A stretch of DNA of 64,000 nucleotides from Azolla caroliniana (Eukaryota > Plantae > Polypodiophyta), in assembly GCA_043228905.1 (NCBI GenBank), contig JBHGNT010000009.1, forward strand, positions 12,896,001 to 12,960,000. The letters are read 5' to 3'. Numbering within the stretch: position 1 is the stretch's first letter; the number at the start of each line of letters is the position of its first letter. The notes beneath the pieces are model-generated. The model made no database searches. It saw only the letters and a list, made by a program, of their open reading frames with translations, and was not told the DNA's origin. Below are positions 11,134 to 23,950 of this stretch, piece after piece. The position numbers and the translations under genes are program-made.

Positions 11134-13229
11134 CAAGTGTCGGTAATTATGGAGGAATTTTCCTTTCTGGATACCATTGGGGAGCTCGAAAACTCTTTGT
11201 ATGTGAATGAAGGTCAGTCATTTTTTATTCCAACCAATTCAGTGGATATGTATGCTGAAATTGCAACATTTTGGAATCGGATGGATATGGTTGCTCGCGG
11301 CCATACAAAATATAAGAGAGTGGATCAGAAAGTTTGACCTATAGCAGAAGCATCGGTGACATAGTTCGGATCAAAAGATTGAAGCAAGAACCAATGTTAC
11401 AGGATCTGAGGAAGATTGGTCATGTGTTTTCATAGTCTTCACAAGGGAAGCTTCAGATAGGAGGGGATGACTTCCTTAATCCAGCTGAAGAAAACCAATT
11501 TCAGAAGATGTTATCTCGACATGGTAAAGCTTTTCTTTTTCACCTTCAGAGATAGGTTGTGTGGACCCACAACTGGTGGAGCCAATGATTATCTTTATTG
11601 TCCCTCATATGCCTTGGAACTTGAAACCAATTCCTGTTCCGAGAGCTCCTATTTCGAAACTCATTGAGTTGCTAAAAGAGAAGGTGTAGATGGGTATCTT
11701 GGAGCCTTCTAATGCTCCATATTCTAATCGATGGTTTACAATACCAAAGAAGAATGGATCTCTCAGGTTTATTCAAGATCTCTAACCAGTTAACAGAGTA
11801 ATAATTTGGAATTCAGGAGTTAGTCTGATCGTGGATTCCTTTGCATAATATTTTCCAAGTAGAGCTATCTACTCCAAGGTTGATTTGTATGTTGTATATG
11901 ATCAATTTCAACTTGATATGGATAGTAGGGATATTACTACAATGTGCACACCTATTGGGTTCGTTCGAATGTGTACTTTACCATAGGGAGCAACGAATTT
12001 TGTTGCTCATATGATGAATGCAATGAATAAGGTGCTCATGGATCACATTCCCCATCGAACAATGCCTTTCTTGGATGACATTCTATTTAAAGGATGTCTA
12101 GAAGAGGAGAAGAGTGAAGAAGTTGGGTTAGATGGATGCCGGAAATTTGTCTCGAATCATATAGTAGATTGTGAAGACATATTGAAGAATTTAGAGGCAG
12201 CACATTTGACAATTTCTAGAGAAAAATGAAGTTTTGGAATATCTGAAGTGTGGATTGTGGGACATTTGTGTGGCCCCTATGGTCGGAAACCTGATCCAGT
12301 CACGGTGGACGACATCAATGCAATGGAGGATATCTACAAGTCGACTTCAAAAGTAAGACGATTTTTAGGTGCATGTGTTTTTTATCATATTTAGATTCCA
12401 CATTTTGCACATAATGTTGATCAATTATATAAGCTATTACGAAAAGGACAACGGTTTATATGGGAGGAAGAGATACTTTTGTCATCTATGCCAGCCTTGC
12501 GATGACCTATATATGAGCAAGGTCGATCTATCTTTGTGACTGTAGATGCAAGTTCAATTAGAATTGGATGGGTTACTAATCAAGAGGATGAAACTGGAGA
12601 TCGATATGCTATTCGGTTTGGAGCAAAGATTTTACATGATCAACAAAGAATGTATGCTCAAATAAAGAGAGAGTCGTGGGGCATAGTTTCTGTGATTACA
12701 ACTGACAAGGATTATTTGATTGGATCGAAAGTGGTTATAGAGACAAATTATCTGCCGATCCTTGGAATGATTTCAGGATGCTCTTCTATAGATATATCCA
12801 TGTTGAGATGGATTGCCTATATTAAAACGTTTAACCTAGAGACATGACACATTACAAGGAAAAACAATGCAATGGCTGATATATTGTCCTGAGCCGGACT
12901 ATTCTAGAGCCATCCTCTCTAGATGAAGAGGATGAATTTGATAATGGATTCTTTTGTAATGAGATTGGTGTACATGTGCCTGAATTCAGAGAGGAGGAAT
13001 ATGAAGGAGAGTTACTACAAATCGGGAAATTCCTACAACCACAAGAAGGAAGCCCAAATTGGACACCAAAGGATTTTCGGCTATTCAGGAATACGCCTTA
13101 TAGGTTTTTCTTGAAGGATGGATATCTTTGGAGACTTGCAAAGAAAGTTAAGGATCCCCCAACTTGAGATATCGGTTTACAGGTTCAGAAAGATAAGATT
13201 ATTTCATATTTTCATGATAATCATTGGGT
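11134..13229 (+). pseudogene. pol: Old Ty3/gypsy pol (RT, RNase H, start of integrase), continued at 25958
   Basis: PFLDDILFKG (RT), VTVDAS (RNase H), many stop codons. FHDNHW|AGHK is split by the 13230-25957 insertion. Confidence 0.9.
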
Positions 13230-13899
13230 TGTTAATCCTTAGGGCCGGACAATGGCCTAACACAGGGTGTCTATGGAAGACACTTCACCAAAGGGTGTTA
13301 CGGCGAGATAACTTAAGACACAACGATTAATCAGACTTAATTGGCTACTTACCAATATGGCATTAACTTAATACACGTGTAAGATATAACAATTAATACA
13401 GAATGGTAATCAATACGTGAAGATAAAACAAGAAGCTTATATTAATTCTCCGTTAAAGTTTTACATTGTAACCGGGCCTTTATATAGGTCACCGGTGCTG
13501 CGTACAAAACGGTGCCAACTGGCACCTGTTCGGAACCGGTCTGGATCCGGATCAGCATACCGATTCTGGTCTGTCCGTTCACTACTTAATTATAATCTAT
13601 TCTGCTTAATTAAAATAGATTCCGAATAACAATCCCTTTCACATTCTGTTCTTTAACTCCTTTGCCGAGCGGGTAACACATGGCACGCTCGTGGGACAGT
13701 ACCTTGTTCGTTGAATCCCACTATCCGGCCCTTAGCCTTCGTCCAAGATATCCAGAATACTCTGCTCCAGGGTATCCAATGGTTGTTCGGAACTCTGTTC
13801 TTGCTGCTGTTGCGGCTGTTGTTGCTGTTGTTATGGCTCCGGCTCCTCCGACTGTTGCTCCTTAGATGGCGCCTGTTCGGCTCCCGGTACCGGTGGTTG

Positions 13900-16580
13900 T
13901 GGCGGTGATTCCTCCGTTAGCTGCTCTGCTGGATTTGACTCCAGTTCACTCGCCCCGACCTTGTCTCCGTCCAGTCCTTGCTCCGGTGATGGCTCCTCAT
14001 CATTGAGGTTGACGGTCGCCGCCTGCTTTGCTTCTTCTCTCCATAGCCTGGTCCGTTCATAACTTTCAAACTAGATTTGAGTATCCAGTCGATCATCGTC
14101 TAGCTGTGCTACCAGTTGCCAGACCACTGCTGACTGTTCCTCCGCCAGAGTTACAAAATCTTCTGCTAACTCATCTCTTACGGCGGTGAAGTCCTCTTTT
14201 GTTAAGATGTAGCAGTCGTCGCCATCCTTCTACCAGTTTTCCACGTCCACCCTTAGCAACTGGAGCTCGGCTGTGTGATTTGCCCATTTGTCCCACCATT
14301 GTGCGGAGCTTTTGTCAATCAAGCATTTGGTCTTGTTCCTCCATGCTTGGACAATGAACTGGATCCGTTCCAATCCCATCTTCGATTTGTCCTCCGCGGC
14401 TTGTCGTTCATCCTTCAATTGCTTGATCAGCGCCACCGTATCCGCCTCCTGCTCCTGGTAATGTGACAATTGGTTTTGATAGGTGTTCTGCAACCTCTGC
14501 AATACCATTGTTGCTCTTTCCTTCTCTTCATAATGCTGCTTATGGAGCTCCATGCGTTCTTGCGCGGCTTCCTCCAGCAATGTGGTTCTTTCAGCCCGTT
14601 CCTCCGCTAGCGTCGTCTCAGCTCGATGCACCTCCTACCGGAGCTCTGCCATTTTCTCCTGCAGTTTCTTATGCTCTGTATCCAGGTGCTTGTAGTCCCG
14701 GTGCAGGTGCTCAAAATCATCGGTCTTCTGCTTCAACTTTTGGTTGACTTGCCGGCGAGCACGGTCTTCCTGATCCTTCTATTGACGGAGTTCTTCTTTA
14801 AGTCTTTCATTCTCTGTTTCCGCCATCCGTCGCAACTTCTCCTTTTCTTGCAGCACCTTCTCTTTCTCCTCCTTCAGCCGGTCATATGCCTGATGTCCTT
14901 TCTACAGATTCTCTTCTGCCCGGCGGAGGTTCTCAGCAGTCTTTCTTTGCTCTTCTTCTGCCGCTTTCTTCAAGTCCCGCTCATGGGTGCGTAATGCTTC
15001 TTGTGCGGCCAGTTCATCTCTCAATTCAGCAAGCTCTTTTGCTTGCGCCGCCACTATCTCCGGGATTGGTTCCGTCTCCGGGGTCTTATTGCTATGTACA
15101 GGTGCCGGTGTTTCTTTATTTTGTACATCTACCGGAGTCACCAATGCTTGGATCGGTGGTCCGGTTAAGGCCATTTTGGCCAATTCTTCTATGGCCAGGT
15201 TCGAGTCTTGACGGAGCCGTCTCTAGTTCTCCGGTTGTGACGAGCAACTGGTTCATCTGCGCTTTCTTTTCCGCCTCTATGTAGTGCACTACTCCGGCAA
15301 TCTATTCTCCAATCCACCGGAGCCATTGGCTGCTGGTGCCTTGTTGTTGCGTCTGCCCGGAGGGTTGGCTGTTGGTGTCGCTGGCCAGTGCTCGGTATTG
15401 TCCGGTTGCGTCGAGCTGCAACTCTGTCTCTGGTTGGTGACCACTTTATCGTTCTGGTTCTGGTTGCGGCTCTGTTGGCCGCTCCGCCTCTGGTTGCTCT
15501 TGACCTGCCGGTGGGGTAGGCAACTGTACTTCCAGCACTTGCATTTCGGGTCTTGCCGTATCCTGACCCGTCAGTATAGTTTGTCGTGTAGGGAGCTCTG
15601 TGACCGGTTCTGTCCGAACCGGTTCCGGTTCCACCCTTGGTGCGGGATGCTCAGTGCGGGGTAGAGGCATTTGATCCTTCTTTGGGTCCGAATGCTTCCC
15701 GGCTTGTTCGGAGGTGCTTGCCTTCTGGCGCCGCTGGAGGTGCTCTAACGGTTCCTCCTCTGCTTCCTGCTCCTAAGTCCCGATGTTGATTTTCGCTGCC
15801 AAGGGGTCCGGCGCTTATTGAACCGGTCGGTAAAGCTTGATCTTGATTGGCCATGCCAGTGGCTCCTCCTGCATTTCCGCCTGCCGCTTCCTATTCGTGC
15901 ACTCCTTTGCCACCTGGTCTGTGTCGGCCACCTTCCCTTTGGTTGCCTTAGAGGCCAACAGCCGCTGCCATTTTGAGGCCGTTTTCGGGGTGACTTCGAT
16001 TGTTCTTCCCCGCTTCGTGGTTTTGACGGGCTCGATAGGTGGTGCCAATAGGGTGAGCCATTGCACCACTGCCATCCATATCTTCCGACCCTCCTTTCCT
16101 CTGATAGAGTCGATGGTCGCACAGAGGCCATCCGCAATCAGTACCGGCCAGTCCACCTTCACGCCTTCATATGTTGCTATGATTAAGCCGGCCCAGTTCT
16201 GAGGCATGCATGGGGGTCGAGGGTATACATGTCCAAATTCTCGAAAGAGTGGATCTTCGCCGCCCTGTGTCCGGTAGGCCTTGCTGGCTAGAGAGTATTC
16301 CCCAAAATATTTTCAAAGCTGCTCCGGGGTAGGGTTGTCGATAGTGAAGATGCCCCCCTTCAGAAGGCCAATCAAAGCATGGATGGCCTCCTCCATGATC
16401 AGTTCCGTGTCAATCTCCTTTACTATCTTCTCCGCCTCCCGGTGCGGTGGAGCCTCCATGATTGTGAGGAAACCTTCTAACCTTTGTTGCCTTAGCCACG
16501 TCTTGGCTGCTTCAGAGAGTGCTTGGCAGTCCATGGCTTCTTCGAGGCCGATGAGCGCTGGTGAGGGATGTGTTTCAGGA
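13900..16580 (-). pseudogene. Extra ORF3 downstream of pol: globular N-terminus, Pro/Glu/Thr-rich linker, long coiled coil
   Basis: ORF fragments 16313-16580, 15815-16207, 15446-15670, 14902-15183 and 14230-14631 are colinear on one strand. Rich in E/K/R/Q heptads. Confidence 0.65.
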
Positions 16581-17858
16581 GGCACTGTTTCCTTTTCGTC
16601 GTTGCGCACTGCACGCCGCCATATGCCATCTGCGCCTTTATGGTATACTGTGTCCTGTAATAGACTGAAGTGTCGGCTTTGAACCGCTAAGCATTTCCTT
16701 TCGTCTATGTTGATCTCCTCCGGAGGTAAGCCGGTGCTCAGAAATTGGTGCATTTTGGTGAGCCACTTGTCTTCCTCTACAACCGTACCATCCGTTGTTG
16801 TTTCCGCTGTAACTCTAAACAGCTCTGCATCCAGAAAGTTGTCTAGTACGCCGTCACCGGTTTCGCCGGAATCTAACTAGCTCAAATAGTCTACTACCGC
16901 ATGTTGTATGTCGGGTCGGTGGAATATCTCGAACTCAAATTCTTGTAATAGTAACGTCCACCGGGCCAGCTTACCGGTGAGTGATGCTTTGGACACCAAG
17001 TAGAGGAGCGCCGAATGATCTACGTGAAAGGAAAATTTCCATCCCAACAGATAGTGTCTAAACTTGGTGACACTGTAGATCATACCCAAGGCCTCCCTTT
17101 CCGTTGTGGAATAATTATGTTCTGCTTGGGACAGCTTTTGGCTAGCATAATACACTGGTCGGTACCATTTCGGTTCTGTAAGTTGCATAAGCGCGCTCCC
17201 GATTGTGATGTCGGACGCGTCAACGAACACATGGAACTCTTTAGACCAATCCGGAGGTTGCACCACCGACGCTTGTGACAATAGTACTTTTAGTGCCCGG
17301 TAGGCCTGGTCTTTTGTGTCCGTTCATCGGAAAGGTGTCCGATGTACCGCGGCATGCAATGGTGTAGCCAGGTCTGCCAGATACCGGAGCATTCGGCTAT
17401 GCCACCGAATTTGTCCTAAGAACTGACTTAGTGCCTTTGCCGTGGCTGGTGCCGGTGCCTCCAGGATTGCTTTTACTTTGTCCGGATCCACTGCAATGTC
17501 GTCCTTGCTCACTATGTGGCCCAGTAACGCTTCGCTGGTTACTCCAAACATGCATTTTGCCGGGTTAAGGCTTAGCCGGTAAACCCTACATTTCTTCAAA
17601 CATAGTTGGAGGTGCTGAAGGTGATCCCCTTCCCGGCTATAAACAGTGAAGTTGTCCAAGAACACCTGCATGAATGCCGGAATGAATTCTCCAAAAATCT
17701 CCATGATGATCCGCTAGAAGGTTGCCGGCGCCGTTTTCAGTCTGAACATCATCACTACGGCAACAAAGACTCCCCATTCGTGACAAAAACGGTTTTCTCC
17801 TGGTCGTCGGGATGCATCCGGATCTGATTATAGCCGCTGAAACCGTTCAGAAAACTGT
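16581..17858 (-). pseudogene. pol: RT C-terminus, RNase H and start of integrase (integrase core deleted)
   Basis: QVFLDNF, FHVFVDASD, YSTTEREALG, HVDHSAL, YHKGADGIWRR. Confidence 0.9.
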
Positions 17859-20800
17859 AACAAATTCGACGAGAGCAAGTATGACGGGGAGTGGCTCCAG
17901 ATCGGTGGGTTCCTAAAGACAATGTCACCGGACGCGGCGTGGACGAAGGAAGAGACCAACCGGATTCGAAAGAAAGCGTACCAATTCTTCCTACGGGACG
18001 GGAGCATATGGAAGCACCCGAAGCAGAGAAACGACATCCTGCTCCGAGTGGTGGCGAAGAAAGAGGAACAGGAAGAATTGTTGACGGCGTACCATGAGAG
18101 TCCCTGGGCCGGACACCACGGGACGTGGGCCATATTTGAGAAGCTAAAGGGGAAGTACTAGTGGCTGGGACTATACCGGGACGTGCCTCGGTTTGTGACT
18201 AGCGAAAACTGTCAGGTGCACTCCATAGTCCGACATCGGGACGAGCTTCACCCGACCTACCCTCCGACCGTCCATTTCAAGTGGATGGTGGATTTGGTGA
18301 TGATGTCGATGGGGGTAGGGCAGATGTGGTATCTGGTGCTGGCTCGGGAGGACCTGACGAACCATGTGGAAGGCCGAGCGTTGCAAAACAAAACGACCGC
18401 GGCCATGTGCCGTGTGCCGATTTCTGATCGAAGAAGTGGTATGCCAGTACGGGTGCGTAGGTAAGATCGTGGTTGACCGCGGAGACAGACAATCTCCTCA
18501 TGGGCCACGGTGGACTGGAAAGACGAGATAAGCCGGAAGGAGCTGTTAGCGGCACGGATTCGGCAGCTGGAGCGAAGACCGGAGGACGTGGACCGAGCCA
18601 TGGAGAAGCTACGGGTGGCGAGGGTAAAGAAGAAAGGATGGTTCGACCGAACTCACCGACTGAGACCGAAGAAGATCGAGGAAGGTGACTGGGTTCTAGT
18701 GTATGACAGCAGCCTCGACAACCAGCACAGGGCAATGCGGAAGTTTGCAAGAAGGTGGTTCGGGCCTTATGTGGTGACAAGCACCAATGACAATGCGACC
18801 TACCATCTCGCGGAGCTTGATGGGACAAGGATGGCGGTACCGGTGGCAGGGAAAAGGATCAAAGCATTCAAAAAGCGGCACGAGGCTGAACCGGCCCTAG
18901 ACGACCCCGACAGCGACAATGATCGGCTCGGAATGGTGTCGCGAAAATATGACGAGGATACGTGAACGTTGAGGCAAGACCCCGGGGCCTTTGTCTAGAG
19001 GATATCAAATTCGTGTATTTATATACTAAGAATTAACCGAAATGAGAAAGATTAACAAATTTCATTAATAAAAGGGAAAGAAAGATTACAATCAATCCCA
19101 AGATTGGGATTACAAAAGTTTTATTTTATGGAGATGATTAGAATAATAGATTAGAAGAAATAAGAGATTATTATTCTTGAGTGATATGGCTTTGACAAGG
19201 AATTTTGGATTTTGAGAGATTGCTTCCGTATCGAAGATTAGGGTTATTGGCTTCGGTAATATAAGAGAGCTCCCCAACAAAAGGCAAAAAATTTAGATAA
19301 TATGGTGAGTGAGTCCTAGTGTAGGAAAAAAAATGGAATAAATATGGAGTTCTCCCTTGATCATAGCCTTTCCACTTTTTGTTGCATGACCTCTACTTTT
19401 AATTGCCTAGCTTTTTCTTTTGGTTGCATGTGACTGTCCACATGACCTTTACTTTTTCCATGCACTTCCTTCTTTAGTTGCTTGCGTCCACATGGCCTTT
19501 ACTTTAGTTCTCTTCACTTTACTTTAGTTTGTTGCATGATCCAATCTTTCGTTCGTCCACGTCCAACCTTGTCCGGTAGCCGGTTCCATTTTGCTTGCCG
19601 GTTGGTTCCGGTTCCGATTTTGCTTGCCGGCCGGTTCCAGTTTGCTTGCCGGTTTCGGTTCCGGTTTTGCTTGCCGGTTGGTTCTGGTTTTGCTTACCGG
19701 CCGGGTTCCGGTTTTGCTTGCCGACCAGTTTCCGGTTTGCTTGTCGGTTCGGGTTCCGGTTTTGCTTGCCGGCCGATTTCCGGTTTGCATACCCGTTCCG
19801 GTTCCGGTTTGCTTGCCGACCGGTTCCGGGTTTGCTTACCGGCCGATTTCCGGTTTTGCTTGCCGGCCAGTTCCAATTTTGCTTACCGGCTGGTTTCCGA
19901 TTTGCATACTCGTTCCGGTTCCGATTTTGCTTGCCAACCGGTTCCGGTTCCGGTTTGCTTGCTAGCTGGTTCCGGTTTTGCATACCGGCCGGTTTCCGGA
20001 TTGCATACCAGCCGGTTTCCGGATTTGCTTACCAGACCCATTTTCCGGATTTGCTTACCGGCCGGTTTCCGGTTTTAGGGAATTTGGCCACCATCATCCA
20101 TCAAGACAAAGTGACCAAAGTGCTCTTAGCACAAATGAAACATGAGGGAGCTCAAGGTGTTTATATAGCCAGGGCCTTAACTTTCCTATCTATGTGGGAT
20201 AGTTCTAATTTCTCTATCTAATCAAACTTCATTTTCTCATAACTTGATATGTATTTCTCCATTTTGTATATAGTAAAATACATTTTGAAGCTCTTGAGTA
20301 TATCCATCTTTCTATAGTAAGCTACTAATCTAATCTATAATAATTATTTCATTATTTTTTTACATAGTGGGTGAAGATTCACACGACAACGGATGTCGAT
20401 CCGGAAGATGAAGGATAAGCGTGGGCCGGTCTTCTCCGGCAAGAGTCTCATTTTGGCGCATACCAGTGGATGCGCGGTTAGGTGGGGGCGGATGTCGTGG
20501 AGAAAACCGTCCCTACGCGGAAACCGGGTATAACGTGTATAAAACGGCCCTTATACGTGGGCACAAGTTTTGTTGTATAGTAAGTAGATAGGTACACCCC
20601 GTCTCTGGTGCATGCTGGTGGATGTGCGGTTTGGTGGGGGCGGATGTCGTGAAGAAAACCGGGCATAGGCGGAATCGGAGAAAAATGTGCATGAACCGGC
20701 TCTTACACGGATGTGCGCATGAATTGATATTTTGATATTGGATCAACTGATGTAAATACTAGGTAGTGCACATTTATTAGGAGGGATCGTGCGTATCTCT

Positions 20801-21215
20801 GTCATAAGGGACAGGGAATAAAGCGATTTGACTAGGGAAAAGGGGGGCACCCCTTTTGGGGGAACTATAAAAGGAGAGGAGAGAAGGAGGAAAGAAGGGG
20901 GGGGCGCGCGTTGGCGAGGACGAAGTGCTGCTGCAGAACCGAGTGCCGAGCTCTCTTTCCTCCGATCGTCGTTCTCTGCGGGTGTCGGGAGTTCGCTGCC
21001 TCTACTTCGTGGACAACGCGTGTGCTTCCAGCAAAGTCTCTCTCTCCCCTTTTCCCCTTTTGTTTCTTCGAGTCGTGTGGCTGTCGTCGGTGTGCGTGAG
21101 TAGAACCCCGTGTCGGGTCCATTACCGGGTTGGCGGTTGTAACTGTTCGAGTTGTAAGCTATTGACTATAGTAATCGGATTCCTATTTCCTTGCTCTTAA
21201 TCTCTTCCTATGAGC

Positions 21216-21270
<55 letters not shown>

Positions 21271-21333
21271 TCCTTGGTCCAAGACCCCCGTGGTCCCGCC
21301 TCTTCCTACACGCGAACGCGAAACTTCGCGACA
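17859..21333 (+). mobile_element. 3' portion of a Trp-family Ty3/gypsy element: deleted integrase, PPT, 3' LTR 20493-21333
   Basis: WAGHHGTW, KWMVDLV, RRWFGPY. GGTGGGGGCGGA|TGTCGTG at the LTR start, and the LTR ends CGCGACA. Confidence 0.85.
18937..20388 (-). mobile_element. Solo LTR of the CCGG-array family, TSD ATGG/ACGG
   Basis: Near reverse complement of 42221-43721 with TG...CA ends. Confidence 0.92.
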
Positions 21334-23950
21334 TAACGTCCACCGGGCCAGCTTACCCATGAGTGATGCTTTAGAGACCAGGTAAAGTAGCGCCGAATGG
21401 TCTACATGAAAGGAAAATTTCCTCCCCAATAAATAGTGTCGGAACTTGGTGACGTTGTAGATCATGCCTTAGAAGGCTTCTCTTTCCATCATTGAGTAAT
21501 TACATTCCGCCTGGGACAACTTCCGATTGGCATAATACACGGGCCAGTACCACTTTGGTTCGGTAAGCTGCATTAATGCGCTCCCAATTGCTATGTCGGA
21601 CGCGTCTACGAATACGTGGAATTCCTTAGACCAATCCAGAGGTTGCACCACCGGTGCTTGTGATAGTAGTACTTTTAATGCCCGGTACGCCTTCTCCTCT
21701 ATGTCCGCCCATTGAAACGGTGTCCGGTGCACCGCAACATGCAATGGTGTGGCCAGGTCTGCCAGATACCGGAGCATCCGGCTATGCCACCATATTTGTC
21801 CTAGGAACCGACTCAATGCTTTTGCCATGGTGGGTGTCGGTGCCTCCAAAATTGCTTTGACCTTGTTCGGGTCTATTGCAATACCGTGCTTGTTAACGAT
21901 GTGGCCTAGTAATGCATCTCTTGACACACCGAACACGCATTTTGCCGGGTTAAGGCTTAACCGGTAAACCCTACATTTCTCAAGACATAGTCGAAGGTAT
22001 TGGAGGTTTTCCCCTTCCTGGCTGTACACGGCGAAATCGTCTAGGAACACCTGCATGAATGTTGGAATAAATTCTCCGAAAATCTACATGATTATCTGCT
22101 GGAAGCTTGCCGGCGCTGTTTTAAGTCCGAACATCATGACTACGGCGACGAATACTCCCCATTTGGTAACAAAAGTGGTTTTCTCCTGGTGGTCGGGGTG
22201 CATCCAGATCTGATTGTAGCAGCTGAACCCCTCCAAGAAACTATAAACTTTGTGGCCGGCTATCGCATCCAGGACTCCATTTGTAAAAGGGAGTGGGAAG
22301 GCATCGGTTACCGTTGCCGCATTCAACTTCCGGTATTCGACAGATACCCTGATTTTTCCGTTCTTTTTCAGTACGACGACTATCGGACTAAGCCATGTCG
22401 CCTTCTTGACCGGTCGGATGAACCCTACCTGTAACAATTTGTCGCTTTCGTCCTTCTCTTTTGCTGCATAGATAGGGTTCATACAGTAGCACCGTTGCGC
22501 CATCGGCTTGGCGTCCTTACTCAGATGTATATGGTGTTGATACAACTGAGGATCTAGCCCCTGCATGTCCTCGTAAGACGACGCGAACACGTCCTGGAAC
22601 TCGTTTAATAAGGTGATCATTGCTATCTTCCTTCCGGCGACCGCATCCAGGACTCCATTCGTGAATGGAAGTGGGAAGGCGTCCGTTACCGTAGCCGCAT
22701 TCAATTTCTGGTCGTCGACGCACACTCTTATCTTACTGTTCTTTTTCGGTACTACGACTATCGGACTGAGCCATGTGGCTTTCTTTACTAGTCGGATGAA
22801 GCCCACTGTCGATTTCTTCTTTGACTTTTGTTGTGTAATTCGGGTTCATCCGGTAACGCCGTTGCGCTACCGGTTTGGCATCTTTACTCAGATGTATCTG
22901 GTATTGATACAACTGAGGATCGAGTCCCCGCATGTCCTCATAGGACCAAGCGAACACATCGTGAAATTCTTTTAGGAGTGTGATCATTGCTGTTTTGTTT
23001 TCCAGGATCATTTCCTTGGCGATGTGAACCGGTCTTGCGTCCTCTGTGGTACCTAGGTTTACCTCTTCTAGTAGGGATGCTTTTACATGTTGGGACACCG
23101 CCATTTCCCTTTCTAGTGCCTCCTGTGCTTGCCGTAACTCCCGGATCGCTTCTTTATCCGATTCCTCGTCAGTCCCATCCGGTTGCAGCATGTTGCAGCA
23201 TGTACAGTGGTACTGCTTCGGCTACATCAATTTCGAACAGCGGTACAATCTTCAGATTTTCCTGTAAATATTTCTCTACCTCCTTGTCCGCCAATCCTTC
23301 CAACATGTTGACACATTCCGCATATAGCGGCGTCAATTCCTTGCCGGTACCGGACCGTGGTTGAGTCGGTACTCGTACTTTCGCTTTTCCACGCCGGAAC
23401 GTAATTATATTCTTCCTCCAGTTTTGCTTGATGTGTGTTGTTTTTAACCAAGGGCAACCCAACAATAGTGGGTAAGCTCCCTGAGCCTCTAGGTGGAGAA
23501 CTACTGCGGAAATGCGAAATGTATGACCCCCAATGGTCACTTCTAGATCACGTATTAACCTGGTCGGCCGTACTGAGCTTGTGTCCGCCATCCGAGGCCA
23601 AACCAGGCATGGTTCCCAGTCATGGATTCCTAAAGTGTTACACGTTCGGAGACTGATCATGTTCACGCCAGATCACCCATTGATAATTGTGCTAAGTAGC
23701 TCTTTTCCTTTCACGATGGCTGTGATTGACAGACTGCTCGTATCTACCACTACCGGTCCTTCCTTCGGATTTGAAAAGAATGCCAGAGCCGGTGGTGTGT
23801 CGGTTGCCGTCCTTCCTATCTTCAATCCTTCCGTGAAGCGTGGTACCAGTTGCAATAGTCGGCCTGCCATGTTGGGTTTTCGGGCTGCCCCGGGCCGGTG
23901 AGCTCTTCGGCATTCTCCTTTTGTTGTTCGAGCTCTACCGCATTCCACTC
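21334..23950 (-). pseudogene. pol: Protease, RT and RNase H of the 13230-25957 family
   Basis: TIING*SGVNMIS, YPLLLGCPWL, WLSPIVVVPKKN, MFGLKTAPA, VFLDDF, VDASD. Confidence 0.9.

Noticed and set aside
13632-13650. Purine-rich tract as the PPT, with the LTR starting at 13631
   Set aside because: The TSD-flanked opposite terminus matches 13651-13678, which places this tract inside the LTR. Kept as an alternative explanation.
19482-20221. Cys/Arg/Phe-rich ORFs (also 42463-43114 and 45880-46561)
   Set aside because: Artefacts of the stop-poor CCGG array, which is open in most frames.
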